Positions 36,301-50,359 of a DNA stretch of 64,000 nt are shown here, piece by piece. The DNA lies in NCBI GenBank assembly GCA_964187785.1, contig OZ076409.1, forward strand, positions 55,120,001 through 55,184,000, in the 5' to 3' direction. The translations under genes were made by a program, and so were the position numbers. How positions within the stretch are numbered: the stretch's first letter is position 1; each line of letters opens with the position of its first letter. This DNA comes from Amphiscolops sp. MND2022. Its lineage: Eukaryota. Under the pieces are notes generated by a model. It saw only the letters and a program-made list of their open reading frames with translations, was not told the DNA's origin and did not search any database.

Positions 36301-38952
36301 TACTAAGTTCTACGAATCTTCAAGGTCCCAAATTGGACCAATTGGCACAAAAAACTGAAATGAGTTGCTTTTTTTTTTCAGCGTAAAAACAATACTGGGC
36401 GAGACTAAAGGGCCCCCCTTTCAGTTTTTTGCGGCGTTGAGACTTTTCGAATTGTTTTGTCCAAAGGGTCCCCCTTCGTTTTTTTGATGTTTTGCGACAG
36501 AATGGATGTTGAAAAATCCCACAGGGTTCCCCGTCCTTTTAGCGCGCCAATTCGGTCCAACATTTGGGTTTTTCGGGTACTGTAAAAGAGAATGTTTGAC
36601 AATTTGAAGTGCTTTTGCGATTTTTGAGCCTTAGATATGGCGCCGATTTCTGCCGTTCCGGGCGTGTTAGTCAGTTGTTTTTACTAATAAAAGTGCAAGT
36701 CTTGGTGGCAAGCTTTTTTCGTCAGTCACCCTGAAACGTTCACTTTTAATAATTTAAAATGAAAGGTACCGCCGTTTGGCCTAGTGATTAACGCAAATTT
36801 TCAGGCCTGGTGACAGGGCTTGAGAAGCAGGCGTGCGTTGGTTCTAGTCTTGCATTGTTTGTGATTTTTGTGATTGCAAATGTAGAGAAGACCCTTAACG
36901 TTTTTAGACCGAAAGGGTCCCCTTTGTTTTTTCGGCAATGTGTGACTTTTGGTTAAATTTTGAATCCATAAAAGGGTCCTCGCTTTGAATTTTTTATGTT
37001 TCTGGTAATAGAAAAACCGAAGCCTTTTGAGCCGCTGGATTTTTTCGGCATTATGAAATTGAGAATTTTTTCAAAAAGATTCCTCGACACTTGGATGTAC
37101 TTTTGTTCTTTTCAGCCTTAAATAGGGTGCCGATTCATGCTATTCCCGACTTTTTCTTGTACTGGTCGTGTTTTTCGTTCATCTTGACTGCCTCCAAGTC
37201 TCAGGTTGCCTGGTCAAATTTCCATCCATGATTCACGAATGTAAAGTTATGAACGAAGTGAACTTCTTGTAATATACCAATGCAGGGCAAATAAATGATT
37301 AAAGGCTGTTACATATTTTTTCAGCGTCAGTCTTTGTTCAAAATTATCCACTTCAAGGGAAAAAACAAGAACTGTTGATAATATAGGCTTCTGATTTCAA
37401 ATTTGCTCTCATAGGAATTCATGATTTCGCATAAAAATTTGTTGTTTGTACTTGCTGTGTGATGAGAAAGTCCATCAATTTACTGCATGCAAATTTAAGC
37501 TGCTTTCAAAGGCTTTTTGTCAAAGGAAAGCTGATACTTTGTTGCAAAATTGTGCATTTTGTTGTATAACATGTAACAGGGCTTGTGATGCCGACTACAT
37601 CAAAAGCATATTTTATAGTCTGTCTTGAAATGTAAAATGTATTTTAGCTTGCCACTGGAGATTCCTGAAGATTTCATAAATGAATGATGGATGAATCATG
37701 CAATGATATCAGCAATGATTTTTCATTGGATGTAGGGCTAAGGTCCATAAATCCTTGATCCTGGAATATTTTCCATGAATAAGTTACGACACAACCTGGA
37801 GTTCAATAACTGCGAAAGTGTGTAAAGCACCGCCTCATTACATTGTCAACAAATTCAAATTTTGTTTTCAACGTGGGTGTTTCATCTGTTTTTGTCGTCG
37901 TCATAAATGTTGCATTGATTACCGATGATGATCCTCTTCGTTTTTTCCGTATTCTCAGTGCCCGTCTTGATTATTATTGTCACCTGAATCAAAAAACGTT
38001 TACTTGGATTTGGATTTTACTCACTGAAATAGCCCACGGCTAAAAAACCTTCCATTTGAATACTAGCAACCAAAATGCAACGTATTAGCAATAAATATAT
38101 TTTCAAATGATGCCGTTTTCCGCTTCCAGTGACAAGTGTGCGAGTTTTGAAGTTCACGCACTGAATTTTTGGCCAGTAAATGGAACAAATGGCGCGTAAA
38201 AGTTGAGTAAATTGAATTGAACTTCACCACATAGTTGAGGTGTTATTGCGGTGTTAAAGTAATTTTGACAGCAAACCATATGACTATCTACAATAAGTTT
38301 TATAAATAGTTTCTGTCAGCAATTTCAAATGGTTTTACTTTTCTATCGATGATTTAGTGTTGGCTTACAAATGAGCCAATTTTTAGGTTTAACTTTATTG
38401 TCTTGTGCAGCGACGGTTTTCTGTCGTCAACATAAAATTACTGCTGTTTTTTGTCGGCGTTTTGTGAAATGGAACGCGATTATATAATGCTTTTCAGTTT
38501 GTTTTTGCAATTCGGTCAGATTACAACTGGAAAGCGCAGGGGAGTAGAGCATTGACTTTCTATACAGGAGGTCCTGGGCTCAATTGCAGGAACATACAAT
38601 CGTTGTAAATTTTTCTGTTTGACCTTTTCAAAATGCTATGCTTTATGACATCAAATGGTTTGTGGTTTTTCGGCCGTTTTTTTGCGAAATTTGTCATTGA
38701 ATAAAATGACTCCCCCATGGTATTCTGAATATTTTCAGTGAAGAAAAGGCGTTTTTGAGTGTTTTTTAGTACAAAGGGCCCATATTGTACTACTTTTTCA
38801 AGCCGGAACTTTCAATTTGGAAAATTTTTTGGCACTGTAAGATATATGGAAAGTTTCTCAATAACTGTCCCTGAGCATGTTAGAGATTTTGCTCTTCATT
38901 ACACTCCAGCCGTGCGCCGACTTTCGTTGTTCCCGGCTTGTTAACTTTTACG

Positions 38953-39197
38953 CTAATATTTAAAATCTGTGATATACCCACCGGGTCGAAAAACACGAAT
39001 TTCACAAAGTGCCCACGGGCCTTTAGGGACTTCCAAAACAACCAGGTTTCCCTCTATGACATTCGTTGTGACGTCAAGTTCTACAGAAGCCCATTCGCCT
39101 TTCTCGGCCGGTCCAACAACTCCAAACTTCTCACAGCTGACTGCACTGTCCCGACAAATTCGGATGATAGATCCTTCCAAGGCGAAATTGTCAAATC
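38953..39197 (-). CDS. Exon of the EGF/lectin-like gene: second half of F-type-lectin/discoidin-like domain 2
   Basis: TTAG acceptor; FDNFALEGSIIRIC...CEKFG...GNLVVL...LCEIRVF parallels the 51548-51760 exon. The 3' boundary (stop versus internal donor) is uncertain. Confidence 0.6.
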
Positions 39198-39645
39198 CTA
39201 ACAAAAATAGAATCATATGCTAATACTAATCGGATTGTCTGTTTATCAGAAGGACTTGAAAGGTTTTTTCCTCAACTAATTGTTCGGATGAATATATCTA
39301 TCTTTTTTGAATATAATCTAAAATACCTTCATTTCTGATTGAATGGCGCAAAGAAAGATGAATGACCGTGTTTAAGCACTCTGTGCTGTGAAGAAAATGA
39401 TAGTTTTCTTTTAGCCCCTAAAACTCAGCAGGGTGTTCTGATTCTTTTTCACTTATCTTCAGAGCCAAATTTTGATTCCTGGTAGAGACCCGGTTTTAAT
39501 TAATAACCCCTTGTATAATCTTAGATTTTATAAATTGCGTCTTCAATCTAATCAATGTTCAAATATTATCTAACTAATATGATGCTGCAATGTTCAAGAG
39601 AATTGTTGAATAATTCATTCAAAAATTTCTGTACTTTGCACTCAC

Positions 39646-39879
39646 TTTTGCTGTTGACATTCAACAAGTCAATTCTTCCGACCTTTGATGAACTGATATT
39701 GAAATGGATGTGACCAAGGGGGGATTTCATTGTGCAGACATAACACAGCAATCGATTCACATAGTATGTTCCATCGTACATGTATTTTTGTCTACTGAAA
39801 AGACCCCTTTTGTAATCGCCGTGAACAGATGATTTTTGTATCTTCACTTCAAACAAGTCTGATTCTAGGCCAGCCACTT
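39646..39879 (-). CDS. Exon of the EGF/lectin-like gene: first half of domain 2
   Basis: TTTTCAG acceptor, GTGAGT donor, phase 1-1. YDG...CY...FNI...VGRIDLLN parallels FDG...CY...FHI...VEAVRLLN in 52514-52750. Confidence 0.6.
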
Positions 39880-41315
39880 CTGAAAAAAACCCACTGTATT
39901 CAAAACAACAGCAATGTCAGCCAGCAACTGATGGGAAACAGTAAGTCCTTTCAAGGTGTTCTATGTTGAGATGATCTAAATTCTTCCTGAGCAAAATGAA
40001 AATTTGGCCTGAAAAGAACCTGCACGAAAGTATGCGGCTGAGAGAATAAATTTCCTTCATTTGGAATATGTGCGGAAATAATTAGCAATCTAAAGTTTCT
40101 GTGAATTTTCTTAGAGCAATTGAGATCTTTGAAGTGTTAAGCTTGAGTTACCTAACAGGTCTGGAAGAAGGTGCTTCTGCTTTCCCTCAATGGAATCTTG
40201 TGGATTGACAATCTATATACCGACTAATGGACAAATGATGAAACTATTGAATCTATCAAATTTATTACGGTCATGAGTTACCGTAAACTCGTGAATAATC
40301 ACGGTTTCAAAAAATAGGCATGTTTGGCTTGGAAAAAGCTTGAGATTATGAGTCTTAAAAAGTAAAAATCATGTCAAAACAAGCAGTCAAAAAAGCTTTT
40401 TGTCAGTCCAACTTTTCGTACGCAATTCGAGTACCTACTGAAAAATTCAGATTTTATGTTCAGTGAGTATAAGCGTGAGATTTGAATTCCTCAAGCTGCC
40501 GACGACAATTGGTTTCTCGTGCGATGAAATGAGCGAGTGGTAATTATGCATTCGTACGCCGAATTCATCGAGATGAAGCGAGTGAATTTTCATAATTGTT
40601 TTCGCACGACGAATTAGTGAAATGAAGCGAACGAGTGTTAATTTGTCGTTCACCGAGAGCTTAGCTTGCATTCAAATGCGAATATGAAACCGTCTACACT
40701 TGGTAGCTATATTTTCTTTGGTCCGAGAAAAATTAAATGCGGTGTAAACTGGCACAGTGATTAATTGTGCGCTGTATAATTACTGGAGTGTTTAATTATT
40801 CCAAATATGCTTCTATTAATGAACATGAAAGCCTAAAAAGCAGAAATAATACTGTGCCCCGCAGGGCCTATTTTAAAATTAAGAAATTGAGAATTTAAAA
40901 TTGAACTCTAAAGTGATTTTGATCTTCGAAGTTTTTGCGGGCAAGTTTTGATTATTTGCAAACTAACTTTTTTGGGCTTCTGTGCCTATATTGATTTCAA
41001 GCAGTTGCTTTTAAAAGGGTGCACCTGAGTGTGATGAATGCTCCAGAAAATTATTTCTGAAGAAATTTTGGACAAAACATCTTTCGCATGAAAACTCGGT
41101 TTTTCGAGATATGGTTGGTACGAAAGTCCCTTAGAGTACAAGCCGGGACCGGCCCAAGTCAGCGCCATATCCAAGGCTCAAAAATAGCAAAAGGACTTCC
41201 AAGTGTCAAGTTTTCTCTTTTACAGTACTCGAAAATCGAAAATTTTTGAAAAAAATTTTTCGAAAGAATTACATACTCAAAAAAATGAAAAAAATGGACC
41301 GAGTGGCGCGCTAAA

Positions 41316-41815
41316 GTCTCACAATGCCAAAAAACTGAAAGGGGGACCCTTTGAGGTTTTTCAACATCCATTATGTCGCAAAACATGAAGAAATTGAAAA
41401 CAAAAATTTTCATTTTCGGGAAAAAATCTCACAATGCCGAAAAAAACTGAAAGGGGGGACCCTTTGAGGTTTTTCAACATCCATTCTGTCGCAAAACATG
41501 AAAAAATTGAAGAAAACAAAAAATTTCATTTTCGGGAAAAAATCTCACAATGCCGAAAAAAACTGAAAGGGGGGACCCTTTGAGGTTTTTCAACATCCAT
41601 TCTGTCGCAAAACATGAAAAAATTCAAGAAAACAAATATTTTCCTATTCGGGAAAAAATCTCACAATGCCGAAAAAAACTGAAAGGGGGACCCTTTGGGA
41701 TTTTTCAACATCCATTCTGTCGCAAAACATCAAAAAAATGCAAGGGGACCCTTTGGGAAAAAAAATTCGAAAAAAAGTCCCGCAATGCCGAAAAAACTGA
41801 AAGGGGGACCCTTTA
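41316..41815. repeat. Tandem ~115-118-bp repeats inside a family A element
   Basis: TCTCACAATGCC(G)AAAAAA(A)CTGAAAGGGGGACCCTTT recurs at ~41317, 41427, 41543, 41659 and 41779. Confidence 0.9.
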
Positions 41816-43178
41816 GTCTCTCCCGGTATTAAGTGTTACGCGGAAAAAGAGGAAAAATTTTTTGGTATAGTTCGCTGGGCCAGATCTTTCAATTTGGGAC
41901 CATAATTTTTCGTAGAACTTTCAAGAACTATTTTGGTCAGTTTGTGTGGATTGAAAGAAAGTCACTATAATAGTAGCGTTTCACTTCTTGAAGCGCCGAC
42001 TAAAAATAAACGTGAGTTGGTTTAAATATGTTACAACCAAAATACAGGCGTTTCCGAATTGCAACAAAACATGTATTTGGTCTCAACTTTGATTTGTGTA
42101 GCTAATGCGATCGATTTTAGTTCAGATATTAGTTTCATTGTTTACATTATTTTACGCCATTATTTCATATGGGAAAGGGAAAAATTTAAATCAGCCGCGT
42201 TTTGTTCTTCACAAGTTTCGCCACGTTCCAAATTAATACCCAAGGTAAAGGGTTTCACCTATTGAATTCAACTGCGTAAATTTAGTTTCATGCGATATGT
42301 TTGTAGAGATTTTTAGATTTTTTGGTTGACCCCGGAATGACCTAAAAATGACAAAAAGAGCAAAGTGTTCCGATTTCTAATGTTTTTTTGAAATTTTAGT
42401 CAAATTTTTGATAAGATTCGTGGTTCAGAATGTTGAAAACGTTCGAAAAGGAAAGAATTTGTTGTCCAGGTCGCCCCTTTGAAGAAAAGAAGGCAGTTTT
42501 TAGTCGGTGCTTTCGAAGTGAAAAGTGCCCGACTATTACAGTGGCTAGATTTTTTTCCTTTTTTTCGTCAGACCACAGAATTCACCTTGTATGTACCACT
42601 TTCTAGTACAGACTTTAATCAGTTTACGGGGAACCCAGCGGTCGTGGGTTCGAGTCCCTGCTTTGGCCAGAAATTTTTTCGAGTATTTGCGAAAGCGGAT
42701 GAGACTTATGGCACTGTGCGAATTTTTTTTGATTTTTTTGCCTTCAAAGAGTCCCCCTTTCAATTTTTTTGTTTTGCAACAAACTGGTTGTTCGAAAAGC
42801 CAAAAAGGCCCCTCCGTTTACATTTTTTGGAAATATGAGACTGTTTCAAAATTCTCATTTTTCGTCTGAAATTAGATTCTCAATGTACACCCACAAATAT
42901 TTATTTTTCAATAGTATCCCCATTAGACGTAATATAACGAGTAAAGCGCTAAGACCAAGTTTTTAACGTTATATCCGAACTATATTGCGTTTTACTAAAG
43001 AGCAGGGGGATGTCACAGCCCCAGCTGAGCTGTGAGAACTGCCACGAAACAAGCGCAGTATACGGAGAAGGAAAATGGGAGTAAATTGAAATAAAGGAAC
43101 AAGTGAAACAATCGACATATAACTTATGTGCTAATTTAGTATTAGTAATTTAAAGATATCGGAGCTAAAATAATGTAT

Positions 43179-43378
43179 NNNNNNNNNNNNNNNNNNNNNN
43201 NNNNNNNNNNNNNNNNNNNNNNNNNNNNNNNNNNNNNNNNNNNNNNNNNNNNNNNNNNNNNNNNNNNNNNNNNNNNNNNNNNNNNNNNNNNNNNNNNNNN
43301 NNNNNNNNNNNNNNNNNNNNNNNNNNNNNNNNNNNNNNNNNNNNNNNNNNNNNNNNNNNNNNNNNNNNNNNNNNNNNN
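43179..43378. other. Assembly gap (200 N)
   Basis: Run of N. Confidence 1.
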
Positions 43379-44750
43379 TATTCTTGTATGTAATTATGCA
43401 AATACTAACATACATTATTTTAGCTCCGATATCTTTAAATTATTAATACTAAATTAGCACATAAGTTATTTGTCGATTGTTTCACTTGTTCCTTTATTTC
43501 AATTTACTCCCATTTTCTTTCTGCGTAGACTGCGCTTGTTTCGTGGCAGTTCTCACAGCTCAGCTATATATATATATGGCACGCTTTAATCCAATATGTG
43601 AATGCACTGAAAAAGATTACATGTAAAAGTATTAGTGTTGGAAAGATGACTGACAAGGCGCTACACATGTAATTGAAAATATAAATGAATACGAGTGCTA
43701 AATTTGAAATGTCAATGGACAGTCGCCTAGAATGCGGCCTGAAGTGGGAAGTGTATGAAATCCGTTGTAGAAATGAAAAGTGTTAATGTGAATAATAATT
43801 TTCCCTCCCAATGAGCCTACCAACAAATAACAGTGATTGAAACGTTGATTGACAGTTGAAAGAACTGTATGATGCTATTCATTCATGTAAACCAAGTATA
43901 GTTGATGAATATAAGAAACCACGGCCCAGACCTCGGCCAGAGACTGATTTTTCAATCCGCGCAATTTAATAACTATAAATGATTCGTGCTACCTTTTTCA
44001 AGCCAATTTTCCATCCAATTGGATTAATCAGTACAGTACCCTGAATAATGTCCCATAGACAATTTGCTTCATGTAAAATTTCAAGTGTTGCTATTCCAGC
44101 TTATTTTACTATGAGAAGTGATTTATTTTCCTAACCGTCCTGGTCCGCAGCTGAGGACCAGGATTTTCATCCTCTCTCTCAACCAATGCTGCTAACGTGT
44201 TGTGAGTGAAATTATAGTTCTGTTTGTTGGTCCATCAACATAATTGGATTGATCATCAGTTTATGCAGTGATTAAATTAATTGGATTTATTTGAGAAATT
44301 TCTCATTTTCATTGTTGCTTTATTTCATCATTTCGCGCTTTAGGCGCGTGCAGTGATTCACTTTTGACATTTTGTTCAGCTTCGGCGTCCTGAAGAGGCG
44401 GGAATTGGAGGCGAAGGGAAGCTGAGTCGCAACTCCGACAGGAAGTGGACGCTGGATGAACAAACTGAGAGTCTGGGTTCGACAAAGCGGAACTGAACTT
44501 CCTGTTTCTCCGCGTTGGAAGGACGCCGGACTGAACGAGGTGTGGAAGTGTCGCGGATTTTTCCCGCTTCACGTGTGCGGAAAGTATATATACTTGTAAA
44601 ATTTCAAATAATTTGAGTTGAAAAATTTATATTCTCAGTTGTAAAATAATTCTGTTCCCTTCGTTTCGAAAATCAATAAATATCAAAACTCTCAACTTTC
44701 TTCATTTTTCGTTGAATAATCTCGAGCTTTCTGGAAAATCCCAAACTAAA

Positions 44751-45195
44751 ATGCTTGACAAAATGCTCCTCGTCTAAAAAAGCAAGGAGAGATTCTGTAT
44801 CTAGTTCACTGGGTGAACCTGAGGCCGCCAGCCAAAGGACTGAAAACGTACCTAGCATCTCAGACTGAGACTTCTCTGAAGTATCAGAAAAGATTGAAAA
44901 ATCTGTCAGTAAGAGGATAAAAGATACCGAGATTGGACAAAGGGAAATCCTCAAGATGATTGAAAATCTATCCTCAAAGATAGATTCATTGTCTGGTCAG
45001 ACATCCAGGACCGGAAATTCGGAATTAGATCACGTAGATACCGAAAGTCAAGCTTCAACATCTAGATCAACCGTGACAAACGAGTTGCCCCTATTAGAGG
45101 GTCAACACAGCGGAGGTTCGAAAACAGGAGTTTCTCATGAAAATGTCCTACTAAAGAAACAATTTGTTGTTCCAGACGCTTCTCTGGAAAAGTAA
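44751..45195 (+). pseudogene. Probable transposon gag/ORF1-like N-terminal fragment
   Basis: One frame from ATG 44751 with a single internal stop. Low-complexity sequence plus a coiled-coil-like QREILKMIENLSSKIDSL; no splice context. Confidence 0.3.
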
Positions 45196-47593
45196 CTGCA
45201 TTTTCTTTTAGGAAAAAATTTCCACTTCATGAAGCGCCGACTGAAAACATGAGCATTCAACAACGAACAAACGCCCTATTAAATGAGCTTTTGGAAAAAA
45301 ATGTAGTTTTTTGTAATAAAAGTGCCCCCACATTAGTCCAATTTTTCGATAATTTCCATTTTCTGACAACTTTAATAAATTTTCTTTCAAATCATAAAGT
45401 TTTTTGAGTTAACAGCTTCCAAAAGATTCAGACGAAACAACTAGGTTCGCAGCAAGTTTCCAAGAAAAATATCTCAGAATGACTCAATTTATTCAAAAAA
45501 GTTTCAAGTGTAGATGTTTTTGTGCAGTTTTTTTTCGGAAACCTTTTTGGCTAATTCATGGCATACAGCAGTTTAAATACTCAACAACAACTCAGTTCGA
45601 ATTCGAGAAAAAAATCGATAATGCTATACGAGCAATGAAAACTCCGAAAAGTCATCTTCGAACTTCGAAAACATTACTTTCGAGCTTTGAAAACGTTATA
45701 TCCGAACTTTGAAAACGTTATATCCGAACTAAAATATTCCGGCTAAAAAGTTGAACAAATGAACAAAAAAGTGGACCATTAAGAGTGAACTGAGAAAAAC
45801 TTTCAAAAAAGGCAGAGATATCCCTAAAAATCCAAACGTGTTTGACGTTTTCATGCAAATTTTGTAAAACTTTCGAGCCTTTTCATGAATTAGATTGGTG
45901 TAAATATTCACGATCGACATAATCCAGTATCCATTTGGCATTTTGAAGAGATATCTCCAGTTTCTTGTTTGAAAAGCGCGTCAAAATGACTCAAAAGGGT
46001 CGAAAATATCAAAGTTTTTGAATTTTTATTGACTTTTTGTGTATTCAAACAAATGAAAAATTGGTTGATTAGGTACTGGTATTCACTTAGTTCAACAACT
46101 ACTCAATTCCGTACTTCGTGTATTTTTAGTCGGCACGTTTTCCTGTTGATGAAAAATGCCCGACTGTAGCAGTGTTCTTTTTTCTCTTCAGACTACAATA
46201 CTCACACTGATCGGTCCACTTTTTAGAAACATTCCTGAAACCACCTAAAGGACAAGGCAAACTTAGTCCAAAGGGTCCCCCCTTTCACTTTTTACTTTTT
46301 CAAGGAAACCTACAAAAAAATTTTAAGGTCCCCAAAGGGTCCCCCTTCGAGTTTTTTTGATTATTTGCAACAGAATGTATTTTGATAAATCCAAAAGGGT
46401 CCCCCTTTTACATGTTTCGGCGGCACTATGGGACATTTTTCGAAAGAAAAAATTCAAAAATTTCAATTTTCTTACCAAAAAATGGTTTGCGCTTTTTGAG
46501 CCTTAGATATAGCGCCGACTTTAGACGTTCTCGTCTTGTTTGAATTAGGTGTTTCCCCTAAAAAAGGAACAAGATGAATAAAAAAGGGCAAAAATTCGTT
46601 CCTTCAAGCTTCTATGCATTTTCATAGTGCATTGGCTACTTTTGAGCCTCAAAATCATGTCGTAGTAGAACAGTTTGAGGCGGAAAATATCTCTCTGGTT
46701 AGCCGGCATCTTGTTTCACCAAGTTTCTAACTACCCACCGATTTTTCGCCAAGTTTCTAATCTCCCTTTTCCATTGAGTTTTCATCAACATCCTAACTAG
46801 AAATAATACCCTTACATGTATTAGGATTGGGTATAAATTCATGTTCAGAAAATGCTAATTTTCGATGGGAAAATAACAAAGTGAAAGTTTGTACGATAAA
46901 CTGGTTTTGGGCATCATCATGTTGATGACATTATTGCAAGTTGTGAATTATGGTTTGAATCTTGAAACAGAAAGTTCTGACAATGAATTATCAACAATGA
47001 TTTGAAAAAATCATGACGCTTAAAGTCTCATAATTTGTGTTGGAGCATTTATGAAATCAATCCTTTATTCAGAAGTTTATGCCTGAAAAATCTATAAATT
47101 GAGAATTATTATGACCTATTTTCAAAGACATTTTTAATCACACTATTGTGCATGTCACTACAGGCAAACAAAGGTTCAAAGTGCTTTGAAAACAACAATT
47201 GGCAAGGAATTGCCAGCCTCACGGTGAGATAAATTATCAGCAACTCGAAGCTAGAATTTAATTGATATGAGTTTTGAAGAAACCTAGGTTTCTGCGGCCA
47301 AAATTTCACTTCTTTATTATTATTTCTGCGATATATACTTTTTTTCAGTACAATTCTTCGCACGATACTGAATAATTCAGATATTTGTTCGGCAGTGACT
47401 ATAAGCGTGAGAATTAAATTTCTCAAGTTGCCGACGACATTTTAATTTTCGTGCGATGAAACGAGCGAGTGGTAATTATGCATTCGTACGCTGACATCAT
47501 TGAGATGAAGCGAATGAGTGTTAATTATTTGTTCGTTGAAAACTTCGTCTGCATTCAAATGCGAATGCGAAACTTCGTTTCCGCTTAGTAGTT

Positions 47594-48140
47594 CCCTAGC
47601 CGAGAATGCTTGAACTTTTTACATGCTGCATGGAAACATGCAGGCTAAATTTTTATAAAACATGGAAAATTCCGGGACCATGCATGGAAACATTTTGTAG
47701 GATTACAATGCAGCCTTTACTATTTGAATTAAAACTGAAAACAATTCAACTTCTTCGCCGCAGCGATCACTTTGTTTTCACGCGTAAGTTTCTCAAGTAA
47801 TGACTTTATGTAATCACCGTTAGCCAAATAGCACGCTGAATATGACGCTACTCTGAAACTTATAATGTGACTGAAGTTTATTTGCATTAAAATTGCGGTA
47901 AAATTGATGAAGGTCTCAGCTGCTTTCAAAATTAGAACGGCGTCTTAATGAAACCTGCAAAACGTCGCGGCGCAGAATTGCCGCCAAATTTAAGATGCAT
48001 TTTATAGGCAGCTTGATAAAATTAAATCGAATCAGTGAAGTTTTAATGCATTGACATTTCTTTGAATTTTATAAAATCATGGAAAATTAGCTTGGTAACC
48101 TACAAAAACATGTAAAAAGTTCAAGCATTTCCAACCAGGG
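47594..48140. mobile_element. MITE with CCC...GGG termini, inserted in a family C repeat
   Basis: CCCTAGCCGAGAATGCTTGAACTTTTTACATG versus the inverse of CATGTAAAAAGTTCAAGCATTTCCAACCAGGG. It interrupts sequence that is contiguous at ~30145-30165. Confidence 0.8.
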
Positions 48141-48312
48141 TTATACATATTTTCTTTAGTCCGAGAAGAATTAAAGGCGGTGTAAACTTGTACAGTGATT
48201 AATTGTGCTCTAAATTATGATTAAACAGGGGTGTATTGGTATTCCAGATATGTTTCTATTATTAATGAAAGATTAATGCAGAAATATTAATGTGCCCCAG
48301 AGGGGCCTATTT

Positions 48313-48509
48313 TAGTGTTAATGTTTATACCTCTTTAAATTTTTAAATTCGCAATACTGACTTGTATTCAGCTAATTTGGACCAGAAATACAATGGAAAT
48401 ACTAGTAAGCAAAGTATTAGTCTTTCCATTGTATTTCGGGTCCAAATTAGCTGAACACAAGTCAGTATTGCGAATATATAATTTTAAAGAGGTATAAATA
48501 TTAACACTA
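48313..48509. mobile_element. Small palindromic MITE (~70-bp inverted arms)
   Basis: TAGTGTTAAT.TTTATACCTCTTTAAA...CAGCTAATTTGGACC is inverted at 48440-48509. Confidence 0.75.
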
Positions 48510-49282
48510 TAAAGAAGTGAAATTTTCGCCGCAGAAATTTTGTTGCGAGACATTTCGCCGTAATAGCCAATCGAGAATGTCCGTCGTCAGAAGTCTCCGA
48601 AGTTTTGTTGTTTAATATTCTAAATTATCAGTTCATTGAGTTGGGGTCTCAAAAACACGATTCAACTTGACTCCTCCATAAACACCAACATTGAGGGCCC
48701 CGAGTTAATTGCGTCCAATCAGCTCAATCAAGACGCTCACATAGCAACGGTATAATATTGTCATGAACTATTTCAGCAACAAACATTCAAAATTTTTTTA
48801 AAATGGAGAAACGTGTAGAAGTAAGGTGTAAAAATCTATGATAATGGTTGATATACTATGAACAGTCCCTGACTGACTTCCTGTGTATCCTCGTACTTGT
48901 TTTCTCAAAATTATTACTCCTAATGATCAATGATACTATGCCTTTCAGTTAACGGCATTCGCTCATAAGCGGAATTAATATGAAATGATTCACTCACGGT
49001 TCTTGAAAAGCAAGCTAAATTTCGACAAAATTTTGAAGAAAGTAAGTCTCGACGAGGAAATTTTAGGTGACATTTTTTACAAAATTTCCTACAACAAAAT
49101 TCCTGGGAATCCCGCTATGGTCTCCGAATATTTTGAATTTCGGTACCACGTTGACATAGAACTTGTTGAATGACTTAGAGAAAGTGGCAATTGACTCAAA
49201 GCTGATTCGTTGAACGCCACTTTTTTCACATAGAAACCCAACATCTGTTTAATCGTAGGAATTTTCACGAATGAAACCTTAC

Positions 49283-49579
49283 CCGAGGATTTGATAGTAG
49301 TTGTAGACCCATGAGCTACATTTGCAGTCGGGGTGGATGTTATCTCTTCATTCTCAACGGGTCCAGCGTCGCATGAGTAAGAGCCTTGGGTGTTTCTACA
49401 CTCTTTTGATTCTTTGCAAAGTCCATCTTCGTCCTCACACTCGTCTACGTCATCACAAGAATCTGTGACGTTGTTGTAGAAGAACCCGGAGTTACACTCA
49501 CAGTATGAGATGCCGTGATAACTGAGACATCGCTCGTTAGGAAAGTTACAGTCTGTGTCTGTCCCACACTGTGTTTTCT
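49283..49579 (-). CDS. Exon: EGF + calcium-binding EGF + Ser/Thr linker
   Basis: CGTDTDC...CECNSGF...CDDVDECEDEDGLC...CRNTQGSYSC; GACAG acceptor, GTAAG donor, phase 1-1. Confidence 0.88.
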
Positions 49580-50098
49580 CTGTCAATGGGGATTGATGAA
49601 TGAAGGTTTCTTGAACGCTACACTATTTTTCAAATTTGTCATAACGTTACAAATCAAACTTCTATGCATGCAGTGATATTTCAACGGAAAATTAGGAAGT
49701 TACACTAAAAAAGGTGGCATGCCCCCTGATTTTGCTTGTAGAGAACATATAAAGCTTTAGAACTTGAAATACCCCGTGTTTTTTCTTCTTGACAATACCC
49801 CGTGTTCGACGACATGAAACGCTGGCCAAGATCATAATAAACTTAAACTAATGTAAAACATACGCTTACCAAAATCATCTTGTAACACGGAACGCTTGGC
49901 ACATTCATGCATGATCATGATACCCTAGATAAAATCATTATAAAAATTTACCAACGGTAGGTAGTACTTTACGGTGGGCCTTGGAAAACGTTTCGTATCT
50001 TCGGGCACTGATTTTAGAAAGGATACAAAAATGAGCTGATCCAATCTTTATTGGCTTCACCTTTCAAATATGTCCCTAAAATAGGCAATCATTCTAAC

Positions 50099-50359
50099 CT
50101 TGACAAACTCCTTTCAATCGCTTGAAACCCTTCTGGCACTCACAAAGGAAGGAGCCTTCAGTGTCAACACAAACCTCGTGATTCTGACGGCAAACATCCT
50201 TTTGTAAGCATTCGTCGACGTTTTTACACTTCGCTTCTGATTCGTTTTTCGCATACCCTTCACCACATTCACATTCGTACGACCCGAACGTGTTCACGCA
50301 TCTCTCAGTAATGACGTCACACTTCAAAGTGCTTTCGTCGTCTTCACATTCGTTCCGAT
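50099..50359 (-). CDS. Exon: two calcium-binding EGF repeats
   Basis: DRNEC...CVNTFGSYECECGEGY...NVDEC...CVDTEGSFLCECQKGF; phase 1-1 AG/GT. Confidence 0.9.

Noticed and set aside
36770..36855. tRNA gene candidate
   Set aside because: Degenerate boxes and no convincing cloverleaf; treated as a tRNA-derived repeat fragment.
37630..37985. Possible further minus-strand exon (RIRKKRRGSS...)
   Set aside because: Every frame after the candidate acceptor hits a stop early; it cannot be linked to the EGF/lectin gene.
39322..39400. Similar AAATGAAG|GTATTT donor-like motifs in the introns splitting both lectin domains (also ~52243-52300)
   Set aside because: The match is short and gives no consistent open frame or acceptor; it may be chance.
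43131..43457. ORFs spanning the N run
   Set aside because: Artefacts of the assembly gap.
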